Positions 36,851 to 47,700 of a stretch of DNA of 64,000 nucleotides are shown in pieces (the first letter of the stretch is position 1; each line of letters starts with the position of its first letter). Origin of the DNA: Chthoniobacteraceae bacterium (lineage in GTDB: Bacteria > Verrucomicrobiota > Verrucomicrobiia > Chthoniobacterales > Chthoniobacteraceae); contig JANNWY010000307.1 of NCBI GenBank assembly GCA_031409335.1, forward strand, positions 32,001 to 96,000, written 5' to 3'. The position numbers were made by a program, and so were the translations under genes. The notes below the pieces were generated by a model, which was given only the letters and a program-made list of their open reading frames with translations, did no database searches and had not been told where the DNA came from.

Positions 36851-39800
36851 ATGAACTACGCCCCATCGTCCAAGCCCGCCATCCTCGCCCGCAGCATCGC
36901 CGCGCTTCTCGTTGCCACCGTCCTGCACCACCACGAAGCCCGCGCCGCCGACGGCACCTGGCTCGGCAACTCCGGCAACTGGTCGGACAACACTGCGCTC
37001 CCCACGTCGGTCTGGTCCGGTGGAACCATCGCCGACGGCGCCGACTTCACGGCCTTCTTCACCGGCGTGGACATCGCGGTCGATCAGGCGATCACCCTGG
37101 ATACCGCCCGCACGATCGGCAATATCACCTTCACCGACGCCACCACAGCTTCCAACAACCTGACCATCAGCGGCGCTAACACGCTGACTCTTGATGTCAC
37201 GACCGGTTCGCCGGTGATCAATGTCACCAATCAGGCTCTCACGATCAGCAGCGTGATCGATGGCACCGACGGTCTGCTCAAAGACGGAGCCGGCAGCCTC
37301 TCGCTCCAGGGTGCGAACATCTTCACTGGCGGGCTGACCATCCGGAATGGCACCGTCAATGCCCAGATCGTTCCCACATCGCTCAGCTCGGGCATGGTCA
37401 CGATGGGTGGGGCGGGCTCGTCTGGTGCCTCGGTGATCAGCGGTCAGGCTTTGGGGAATGCCTTCATCATCAAAGCCCCCGACAGCGGCGTGATCAGCGT
37501 TGGGAGCAACAGTGGTGGCTCTGGCCCAACTTTCAGCGGGGCCTTCACCCTGAATGGAAATCTGACCCTCAACTCACCGGCGTTCACCACTGGCACCACG
37601 ACCTTGAGTGGCGGCTTGACGGGGACCGGCAACCTGACCGTGAACAACGCCGGCACCACCTCCCCGATGGTCGTCAGCACGGCGGCCCTCGACCACATTG
37701 GCAGCATCACGGTGCAGGGGGCCTCCACCGGAGCCACGACGATCAGCGCCGCCATCGGTGCGAATGTCACCGGCATTACCAAGACCAGCACCGGCACGCT
37801 CACCCTCTCCGGCACGAACAGCTACACGGGCAGCACGACCATCAGCACCGGCACGCTCTCTCTGGGCAACACGAGTGCCTTGGGCGGCACGAGTGCGATT
37901 ACGCTGGCCGGTGGGACCACGCTGGCCAGCACCTTGGATGGCATTTCCATCAGTGCGCCGATCACCCTGGGTAACAGCGGCACCACCTCCACGATCATCG
38001 CCCCCAATGACGGGGTGGGCGGCAACACCCGCACCCTGACCCTCAACGGGGCGATCGGCGGGGCCGGCAATTTGACCCTGAGCGCCAACACCAACACCAA
38101 CACCAACGCGACGATCATTCTCAACGCGGCGGGCACTTACACCGGCAGCACGCTGCTGACGACCACCAATGTCAACGTCAACTCCTTTACGCGGCTCGGG
38201 GTCAACAATGCCCTGCCGACGACCACGGTGCTGACGATCGGTGGGACCAACGGAACCGGTACCGGCCGGTTTATTGACTTCAATCTGAACGGGAGGGACC
38301 AGACCCTCGCCGGTTTGACAAATACCACCGGCTTATACAGCAGGACGCAACGGATCTACAGCAGCACGGCCGCAACCCTGACGATCAACAACGCCACCAA
38401 CAACAACTTCTCGGGCCGAATCGGCCTGAACGGCACGAACCTCAGCCTGACTAAATCGGGCGCCGGCACTCTGACCCTTGGCGGAGCCAATTCTTATATC
38501 GGCGCGACCACCGTCAACGGCGGCGCGCTGGTCCTGGACTTCAGCCAGACTGGCAGCATCCTGACCAATACGCCGGGCAACTATATCGCTGCCGCCTCGA
38601 CACTCACCCTCGGTGGCACAAGCTTCAGCGTGACTGGCCGGGCCAATGGCAGTGCCGTCGCGTCCACTGCGTGGACAGCGACCGCGGCAACCAACGTCGC
38701 CAGAATCACCTTCACGACCCTGCCGACCGGGCTCGTGGTGGGTCAGGCGATCGCGGGAACAAATCTTGGCGCAGCGACCTATATAGTTGCCGTCAGTGGC
38801 AACAATGTGATTGTCAACGGGAATGTCTCGGCGACCAGTGGCACTTTTTCCACCGCTGCCACCTCGGTCACCACCAGCCAGACCTTTGCCAGCACGACCC
38901 TGAATGCGGGGGCGTCGGCGCTGAGCATCAATGCCAACGGCGGCGATGGCACGCGCCTGGCGCTCAATGCCATCACCCGCAACGTCGGCGGCACGGTGAA
39001 CTTTACCCAGCCGGGGGGAACGATCAGCGCAACCAACGGCTTCACGACCACCACTCCGAATACCGACGGCATCCTCGGCGGCTGGGCCACGGTGGGTGGC
39101 ACCGATTGGGCCACGAATGACGGCACGAACATCGTGGCCTTGGGTGCGGGCTCCTACACCTTGACGAGTGTTGCCGGCACCACGATGGCCAACTACAGCG
39201 GAGCCAATATCGATGTGGACAACAGCGCCGGTCTCGTGAGTGGCGTGATCGCCCCCAACACCCTGCGCTTTAATGCGGCCTCCGCCAACACCGTGACCCT
39301 GGCGGCGGGCACCAGCACGATCACCTCCGGTGGCATCGTCGTCAGCAGCAATGTCGGCAACAATCTGTCCACCATCACCGGTGGCACGCTCCAGGGTGCC
39401 AGTGGCCAAGATCTGATTGTCAACCAGCATAACTCCGGCAACGGCCTGACCATTGCCTCAGTCATTGACGACAACACGACGGCGACCGGCCTGACCAAGA
39501 CGGGGGCCGGCCTGCTCACCCTCTCCGGTGCCAATAACTATACCGGTGCGACGACCCTCAGTGCCGGAACCCTCAGCGTGGACGTGACCGGCAACCTGGG
39601 CGCTGCGGCATCCAATCTCGTCTTCGCCGGCGGCACGCTCCAAGTCACGGGCACGACGCTGACCAGCATCTCCGGCATCGGCCACACGGTTTCCTTTAAC
39701 GCCGATAAGACCGTGGGCCTGGAGATCGCCGAGGCCGCCAACACCTTCACCGTGGATCAAGTGCTCAACCAGACCACGGGCGGGTTCAGCAAACTCGGAG

Positions 39801-41131
39801 CGGGCACGGCGATCCTGGATCAAGCCAACACCTACACGGGGACCACCACGGTCAGTGGCGGCACCTTGAAACTGACCGGCAACCGGACGGCCAACGCCGG
39901 AGCGATCAGTGTGATCTCCGGTGCCCTCATCGAGATCAGCCATGGCACCTTCTCGCTGGCGGGCAATACCTTGAGCGTCGGCAGCCTCTCAGGCACGAGC
40001 ACGCTCAAGCAAAACGGAGGAAATATCTCATTTGCCTCCGGTGCCCAAGTGCTCGTCGGGAGTGGAGCAGGCGATGGCGTTTACGAACTCAGCGCGGGAA
40101 CGCTAGCCACCGCCGCCGTAACCAGTCGCGGGGTCATTTTGGGTGTGAATGCGGGTCGAACTGGCACCTTCAATTTGAGCAGCACCGGAGCCCTGAACAT
40201 GGCCGCGACCTCGGTCTTGCAAATTGGCCGTTCCGAGAACACGGCAGCCACCGGCACCACGGGTATTTTCAACCAAACCGGCGGCACGGCCACGGTCGGA
40301 GAACTGCGAATCGGTGGACAGAATTTCGCCAACAACGCCGACACCACCGCTACGCTGAATCTCTCCGGCGGCACGTTCTCCGCCGTCACCTTCACCAACC
40401 TGTCGCAAGGCGATACCAGTAACTCTACGATCAACATCAGTGGCACGGCCGATGTGACGCTCCCGGCTTTCCCTACGGCGCGCGGCAGCAGCTCGACCGC
40501 GACCATCACCTTCGACGGTGGCACCCTGAAGCCGAGAGTGGCGAGCGCAACCTACTTGGGCGGACTGACCGATGCCTTCATCAAGGCCGGTGGGGCCAGG
40601 ATTGATACGACTAACGGCAGTATCACCATCACCCAGGATCTGCTGACGGATGCGGTATCGACTGGCGGTGGGCTGACTAAAGCTGGCAGCAACGCGCTGA
40701 CTCTTGCTGGCACGAACACTTACACGGGCGCGACCAATGTGAACGCTGGCACGCTCAATATCGGCGGAACCCTCGGAGCGGGCGCGAATGTCATCAATGC
40801 CAACGCCGGCATGACCAATATCAGCGTCAGCCAGACGCTCGGTGCCGTGAACATCGCGGACGGAGCCGTGGTCACGCTGACCTCCGTCGCGCCGTCGCCT
40901 GCGGAAGGTGAAGCTGCCGCAGCCTTCGATGGCTTCGAGGCATTCGGCGCGGAACTCGGCACCGAGGGCAATGCCTCAGGCGTGGCCGCAGTGCCCGAGC
41001 CGGGTTCGATCTCCCTTCTGCTATTCGGGGCGCTCGGCCTGTTCGGTGGGCGTCGCCGCCGGGCCTGCGCGGAATCACTTTTTCGAGGTTTCTTGACGGG
41101 TGCCTCGGAATCACTGGCCCGCGATTCTTAA
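36851..41131 (+). CDS. Autotransporter-associated beta-strand repeat protein with PEP-CTERM and extended tail
   Basis: ATG at 36851; signal peptide; many beta-strand repeats; VPEPGSISLLLFGALGLFGGRRRR followed by about 22 extra residues. Confidence 0.88.
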   Translation: MNYAPSSKPAILARSIAALLVATVLHHHEARAADGTWLGNSGNWSDNTALPTSVWSGGTIADGADFTAFFTGVDIAVDQAITLDTARTIGNITFTDATTASNNLTISGANTLTLDVTTGSPVINVTNQALTISSVIDGTDGLLKDGAGSLSLQGANIFTGGLTIRNGTVNAQIVPTSLSSGMVTMGGAGSSGASVISGQALGNAFIIKAPDSGVISVGSNSGGSGPTFSGAFTLNGNLTLNSPAFTTGTTTLSGGLTGTGNLTVNNAGTTSPMVVSTAALDHIGSITVQGASTGATTISAAIGANVTGITKTSTGTLTLSGTNSYTGSTTISTGTLSLGNTSALGGTSAITLAGGTTLASTLDGISISAPITLGNSGTTSTIIAPNDGVGGNTRTLTLNGAIGGAGNLTLSANTNTNTNATIILNAAGTYTGSTLLTTTNVNVNSFTRLGVNNALPTTTVLTIGGTNGTGTGRFIDFNLNGRDQTLAGLTNTTGLYSRTQRIYSSTAATLTINNATNNNFSGRIGLNGTNLSLTKSGAGTLTLGGANSYIGATTVNGGALVLDFSQTGSILTNTPGNYIAAASTLTLGGTSFSVTGRANGSAVASTAWTATAATNVARITFTTLPTGLVVGQAIAGTNLGAATYIVAVSGNNVIVNGNVSATSGTFSTAATSVTTSQTFASTTLNAGASALSINANGGDGTRLALNAITRNVGGTVNFTQPGGTISATNGFTTTTPNTDGILGGWATVGGTDWATNDGTNIVALGAGSYTLTSVAGTTMANYSGANIDVDNSAGLVSGVIAPNTLRFNAASANTVTLAAGTSTITSGGIVVSSNVGNNLSTITGGTLQGASGQDLIVNQHNSGNGLTIASVIDDNTTATGLTKTGAGLLTLSGANNYTGATTLSAGTLSVDVTGNLGAAASNLVFAGGTLQVTGTTLTSISGIGHTVSFNADKTVGLEIAEAANTFTVDQVLNQTTGGFSKLGAGTAILDQANTYTGTTTVSGGTLKLTGNRTANAGAISVISGALIEISHGTFSLAGNTLSVGSLSGTSTLKQNGGNISFASGAQVLVGSGAGDGVYELSAGTLATAAVTSRGVILGVNAGRTGTFNLSSTGALNMAATSVLQIGRSENTAATGTTGIFNQTGGTATVGELRIGGQNFANNADTTATLNLSGGTFSAVTFTNLSQGDTSNSTINISGTADVTLPAFPTARGSSSTATITFDGGTLKPRVASATYLGGLTDAFIKAGGARIDTTNGSITITQDLLTDAVSTGGGLTKAGSNALTLAGTNTYTGATNVNAGTLNIGGTLGAGANVINANAGMTNISVSQTLGAVNIADGAVVTLTSVAPSPAEGEAAAAFDGFEAFGAELGTEGNASGVAAVPEPGSISLLLFGALGLFGGRRRRACAESLFRGFLTGASESLARDS

Positions 41132-41298
41132 CTGGGATTCGGGTCAGTCGGGGAGCGGGTCGAAGTCGTGATGCATAGCGCCTTCACTCGCAGTGCAGTG
41201 GCAGGGCCGTTGGGGAACGGCTCCGCCACTTTCCGGTCGAATTTTGCCGGTGGCGTCACGCCGTTGTCGGCAGATGACATCTATCCTAAACCCGGCAA

Positions 41299-41432
41299 TG
41301 GAACCCGCGAAAAACGCGAAAGACACGAAAAATGAGGTGTTTTGGACGATTGCTCAACTCATCCGGCGGGTGAATTCCGCCAACCTCACAACCTCTTCAT
41401 TTCGCGTCCTTTCGCTTGTTTCGCGGGCCATC
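41299..41432. repeat. Miniature inverted-repeat element with CGAAA-nonamer arms
   Basis: ATGGAACCCGCGAAAAACGCGAAAGACACGAAAAATGAGG ... CCTCTTCATTTCGCGTCCTTTCGCTTGTTTCGCGGGCCAT. Confidence 0.65.
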
Positions 41433-41511
41433 CGATCACGTTTTTACGTTTGTCGTTCCGGGCTTCTCGGGTCTGGGGTGGATTGCTGCCGAAGTTTTCT
41501 GGAGGGGACAG

Positions 41512-41575
41512 ATCTGCCGTTCCGATTCCGGACCTCTGGTTTCTGCGTTTCCGCGGAATCACCCGGTTGGGGGAT
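41512..41575 (+). promoter_or_regulatory. Conserved ~65-bp upstream block (copy 2)
   Basis: Aligns with 36722-36786. Confidence 0.6.
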
Positions 41576-41722
41576 GGAAAAACACCTCACATGGCATATC
41601 GTGGCTCACCATCATGCAAAGGGTGTTCTGCCGCTCACGCACGATGGTCGCCTTTGCCGAACCACGGTTCGGTGCCTGAACTTTTTTTCGAAATACCTCC
41701 CACCCGCCATCATCCCGAATAC

Positions 41723-44700
41723 TTGATCACGCACATTCCAGACGCTCGGAGTCAAAGCGCGCCCTCCCGCCGGCCCCCGCCGCGTGGATTGCTGTCGCGC
41801 GGCTGGTGGGTGATCGTGGTCGCGCTCGCGGTGTTCACTCCGCTGGCGGGACACGCTGCGGCCATCTACGGCGAGATCAGCGACACGGAGGTGCGGTCGG
41901 ATGGCGTCGTCAGCGCTGCGAATGGCAACTCCATGCTCTCCGGGGGCTCGGGCAGCCCTATTATGGACCGCGCAGCGGTCTATGTGATCCAGTTGCCCAG
42001 CCTGGGTGCCGTGGCCAATCCCTTCACGACAGCGACTTTGCGCTTCAATCTGGCCAGCAAGACGGGCACCCCGCCGAACTTGGATCTCTACGGGCTGGGC
42101 CGCCGCGCAAGTTCCGCGGTGTTGGCGGGCGATTACTACGGCGGCACCGGCACGGCGGACCCGAGCGATGCGACGCTCCTCCAGGACAACATCCTGATCT
42201 CGACGACGGCGACCGGTGTGATTTCCACCAGTGCCACCGGCAGCACCGCACTAAAGAACTACCTCAACGCCCAATACGCCAGCGGCGCGGGCGCGGGTCA
42301 GTATGTGTTTCTGCGCGTGAGTTCCGACAGCCCTTCCACGACCGTCAAGAGTTACACCTTAACCTCGGCCGATGGCGGCACGGTCGGACCACCGGACAAG
42401 CGTCCCCAGATCAGTTACACGCTCGCCTCGCTGAGCTATGCGCGGCCTTTCATCTGGGTGCGGGATTCGGAGAAAGCGGGCATCCTTGCCAAGATCGCTG
42501 GCAACCCTTGGGCCGCGAGTGTCTATAACGGCATGGTTTCGCGCGTCGCGGCGGATGTGGCGAGTCATCAATCGAATCGCGATGCTTTCCTTCGCGGTTT
42601 GCCGGTGGACTGGACGCTGGCCACGCCCAAATTCAAGACGATCCCCGCATACTCGGAAAGCTCGGTGCGCTTTGCAGCGGAAGGCAAGTTCAATGACGGG
42701 GTGGATTGCGCGGTGCTTTACTATCTAACTGGCGATGCCAAATACGCCCGTCTTGCGGCTGATGTGCTGCATAACGCGGTGAAGACGCTGCTGCCGGTGG
42801 CTCCCTCCACGGGCACCGGCAACGGCGGCTGGATCTTTCAGGACGACTTGCTCAAGGAAGCGCGGGTGACGGGCACCCAGTTGCCCATCATCTACGATTT
42901 CCTCTACTCCTGGCTCCAGACTAACCAAGTCTATGACGTGGATACTGCGGCCATGGTCAATTTCAACTTCACCAGCGGCCAGAGCGTGTTTCGCACGCTC
43001 TATCAACTGGTGCGCGATCATGGGCAAAAGGAGAGCAACTGGTCGGCTCTAATGGCTACTTGTATGTTGAACAACCTCCTCGCGCTTGACAGCTCGACGG
43101 AGCGCGCCACGGCCTTGCAAATTTACCTCACCACCGGGACATCGCGGCAGGCTTCGCTGGACTATGACTACCGCCATTTCACCGAGGCCGGTAACATCTG
43201 GCCCGAGTCTCTCCAATACGCCGGTGCCGTGGGTTCGATCCGCACTTCCCACATGGTGCTGCTGGAGCGGGTGGATCCCAGCCTGAATCTGTTCGATCCT
43301 TACCCGAACCTGCCCCTGAGTCTTCCCCGCATCAGCTATCTGCGCTATCCCAATGGGGAACAAATCATGTTTGGCGACGGCCACCGTGCCGGGACGAACG
43401 GGTCGTTCTCCGACTACGAATTGGTCTATCAACACGCGCTGGCCCGGGGCCGCACGGATCTCACTTCGTTCTTTGGTTCGCTGATCAACGGCGGCGTGGC
43501 GGCGGGTCATTACAATCGTTCCAATCTGAGCGGCTACAGCGCTTTGGGAAACCATGATGAGCCGCTGCAACTGCTCTGGCAGGCCGCCAGCCTGTCCGAG
43601 CCAGCGGTGTCGCCGACGCTGCCGCGGACGGACACACTGCCCTTCGCGGGCGTCGCTTTGCAGCGCAATCCGGCACCCTTTAGTAATTCCACCTACGGAT
43701 TGATGGGCTTTGTCGGCGGGGCCGCGCATATCCACAGTCACGCCAGCGGCATGAGCATGGAACTCTTCGGCATGGGTGAGGTGATGGGTGCGAAGGCGGG
43801 GACCGAGAGTTATGGCTCGACCATCAACGAAAACTATTACCGGCTATTCGCCTCGAACAATACCGTCATCGTCAACGGGGCCTCGCGCGGCGAGGGAGGC
43901 TGGGGTGGCTTTGGCATCAATACGGTGCAGACGGTGGCCATGGAGCCACAGCCGTTTGCGACCGCCGTTTCACCGCATTTCTCCTTCACCACCAGCTCGT
44001 TTGCCGATGACAAGGGGACGCAGGCGGAAGGCACTCAGCAGCGCACGCTGGCGATTGTCCGCACTTCGCCGACCACGGGTTTTTACGTGGACGTGTTCCG
44101 TTCCAAATCTACCGTCACTAACCGCGTGGCGACCACCCTCACAGGCAACGTAACCAACCAGTATCACGATTACATTTATCGGAATATTGGCGAGACGGCG
44201 GTGGACCTCCGCGCCAATGGCGTGACCTTGCCGCTGACCAGCCAGACCAATCGTTTTCAAAACGACATCGGCGACGCTAACGAGCAGCCCGGCTGGCGTT
44301 ACTTCGACAACACCGTCGTCTCTAATCTGACGAGCCAATCGGTGCGGGCGCAGTTCGTGGCGACGGTCTCCGGCACCGCGCGCTACATGGACATGCACAT
44401 GCCCGCCGTGGCCAGCCGGGAGTATGCCAAAGTGGACAGCCCGGCCATCCTGGAAGCACCAAGTCCATATGACACTCGGGTGGCTCCCACGCTGGTCGTC
44501 CGCCAGATTGGCGAAGCATGGAACAAAGCCTTCGCCACCGTTTATGAACCGCACTTCGGAAGCACCGGCGGCACCGTCCAGAACGTGACGCAGTTGCTGC
44601 GCAGCGGGATCGTCGTCGGAGTGAAGGTGGAAAGCACGGTGCTCGGAAAGAATCTCGTGCAGTATATCATTTCCAATCCGGGCTCAGCGGAAACCTACAC

Positions 44701-47700
44701 CGACGCGGCCATCGGACTGTCCTTCACCGGGCGGTTTGGCATTGCTTCCGATAACGGCGACGGCACGACGACGCTCTATCTCGGCGTGGGCTCGTCCCTA
44801 TCTTATCGCGGCAATTCAGTGGCAACCGCGAGTGCAGCCAGCTCGCAGGCAGAGGTTCGTTTCGTGCCAGGGCAGACTCCCGTCATCACCGCCAATACGA
44901 CGGTGAATGTGATCTCCGCGCCTCCGCCGCCTGGCGGCAATTGGGTTCCCACGGTCGGTGGCGCAGGTTTTGACTGGACCAACACAACCAACTGGAACCC
45001 GGCGGTTGTCCCTAACAGCGTTGGCGGCATCGCCAGGAAAAACATCAACCTTACTGGCGACCAAACGGTGAACGTCAACACGCCCATCACACTTGGCGAA
45101 CTGGTCGTCGGGGACAGCAGCGGCAGCGAGAACACCACGCTGCAAAAGAACACTAGCGGCTCCTTCGTGTTCGACCAGACGGACGCTGGCCTGGCTTACC
45201 TGACGCGCACGGCAGGCGGGACCGGCACCGTTACCTTCGCGAGTGACCTCAACATCACCCTCAACGACAACCTGACCGTTCGTCTCGCGGGCGGCTCCGC
45301 CAGTTCGACAATGGTCATCGCGGGCACTCTAGCAGGTTCCGACAAGAGCCTGAGCAAGGAGGGCGACAGCCTGACCCTGGCTCTCGCTGGTGCCAACACC
45401 TACTCCGGCGCGACGCGGATTTTGGGTGGCATCCTCAGTCTGGACCACGGCATGGCGATGCAGAACAGCGAACTGGACACCCTCAACAGCGACACTGGAG
45501 ACGCGACCAACGGCCTTCGCACAACGATGACCACCCTGACGCTCGGCGGCCTCACAGGTGACAAATCCCTCGCCTCGGTCTTCACGACTACCTCTGGCGG
45601 TTACTCCGGTGTGACCGCGCTGACGCTGAATACCGAAACCGGAGCTGCCCCCAGCTATTCCGGCGGTATCGCCAATGGAGCCATCGGCATGACGCTCACC
45701 AAGACCGGGCCGGGGACTCAAACCCTCGCCGGGACAAACACCTATACCGGCAACACCACAGTCGCCGCGAATTCCGGCACGCTGGAAATCAGCGGACCTG
45801 GCAAGCTCGGCAATGGCGCCTATGCGGGGGCCATCACGATCGGCAGCGGTTCGGTTTTCAGATACAGCAGCACCGCCGCACAGACGCTCGACGGTGCCAT
45901 CAGCGGAACGGGAGCGCTCGCCAAGAGCACCAACTCCAGCACTTTAACTCTTGGCGGCGCTAACACCTCTTTCACTGGCTCCGTCACGGTCTCTTCCGGC
46001 ATGCTAGTCCTGGACCATGCCAACGCCTTGAGCAGCGCCAGCGCGATCTCGCTTTCGGGTGCTGCCTCACTCAAGCCGACGGTTCAGAATGCGACCATCA
46101 TCGCACCCATCACCCTGAACAGCAACCCGACGATCCATGCTCCTGATTTCGGTAGCGGCAGCACCACCTCAACCTTGACCCTTGCTGGTGCGATCTCTGG
46201 CTCCGGCAATTTGACATTAAGTTCCACCTCCGCCGTTGCCTCGAACTCTTCGCAAACCATCCGGCTCAACGCCCAAAGCGGCTACACTGGCAGCACCACC
46301 TTCAATCCCGCTGAAAACGACGCCAATCTCATCGTCAAGCTCGGCATCACCAACGCCCTGCCACCGGCCACCGTGCTTTCGATCAATGGCGTCGTTGGCG
46401 GCGGATCCGGCCGGTCAAACAAGTTCGACCTCAACGGCTTCAGCCAAACACTCGGCGGACTACAAAACACTGCGGCCAACTCAAGAACCCAGCAGATACT
46501 CAACTCCTCCACCACCGCCACGCTCACGATCAACAACACCGCCGACTACACCTTTTCCGGTGATATCGACGGCACCAATCTCAGCCTGACCAAAACGGGC
46601 TCCGGCACGCAGACTCTCTCGGGCACCAACAGCTACACCGGCACCACCACCCTCAACGCAGGCAAACTACGGGGAGTCGTCGGCGGAAATTGTGTGAACT
46701 CTGCCGTCACCCTCAACAACTCCGCAACGACTCTCGGCGTTTCCATTTCTGACAACACCAAGATCTGGACCTGTGCCGCCCTCACCACCAGCGCCGCAGG
46801 GAAATTGGAGTTCGACTTCGGCGCCATCCTGCCCGGAACCATCAGTCCGCTGACCATCACGGGGCTGGCGAGTTTTGCGACAACCCCCACGGTGCGCGTC
46901 ATCGTGAGCACTGGCCTCGCGCCGGGCACCTATCCGTTGATTTCGTGGGGCTCTACGTCCGGGACGGTTCCTTCGGTGGTGTCCGTGTTGAAGCCGGATG
47001 GGACAAACGGTCTCGCTGGCGGCACCGTGGCCAGCCTCAGCGTGGTCGGCACCAAACTCAATCTGGTCATCACCGCCAACGTATCCACGCTCACCAAGGC
47101 CAACAACGCGACCAACCTCAATGTCGGCACCAGTTGGGTTGGCAATCTGGCACCGGGCTTGGCCTCCACCGCTAGGTGGAACAGTACAGTCACCGCCGCC
47201 AACACCACCGTCCTGGGTGCGAATATGACTTGGGCTGGCATCATCGTCGCAAATCCCACTGGCACGGTGACCATCAACGCGGGTCACACGCTCACTCTCG
47301 GAGAAAATGACAATGACATTGATCTGAGCGCGGCCACCGCCAACCTGACTTTGAACTGCCCGCTCACGCTCGGCGACGCCAACGTCTGGAATGTCACCAC
47401 GGGGCGGACATTGACCATCGGTGGCGTAGTTTCCGGTGCCTTCCCCGTCACCAAAGAAGGTGCAGGCACGGCGATCCTTTCCGGGACAAACACCTACACC
47501 GGTGACACCGCGATCTCCGCGAACTCCGGCACACTTGATATTGGCGGAGCTGGCAAGCTCGGCAATGGGACTTACGCCGGAGCCATCGAAATCGGAAGTG
47601 GCTCGCTTTTCAAATACAGCAGCAGCGCCGCCCAGACACTCAGCGGAGCCATCAGCGGAGCGGGGGCAATTATTAAAAACACTGGCACCAGCACGCTGAC

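Noticed and set aside
41342..41722. ORF-track start of the 3019-aa protein
   Set aside because: Runs through a repeat element and a conserved promoter block; the signal peptide lies about 150 codons later
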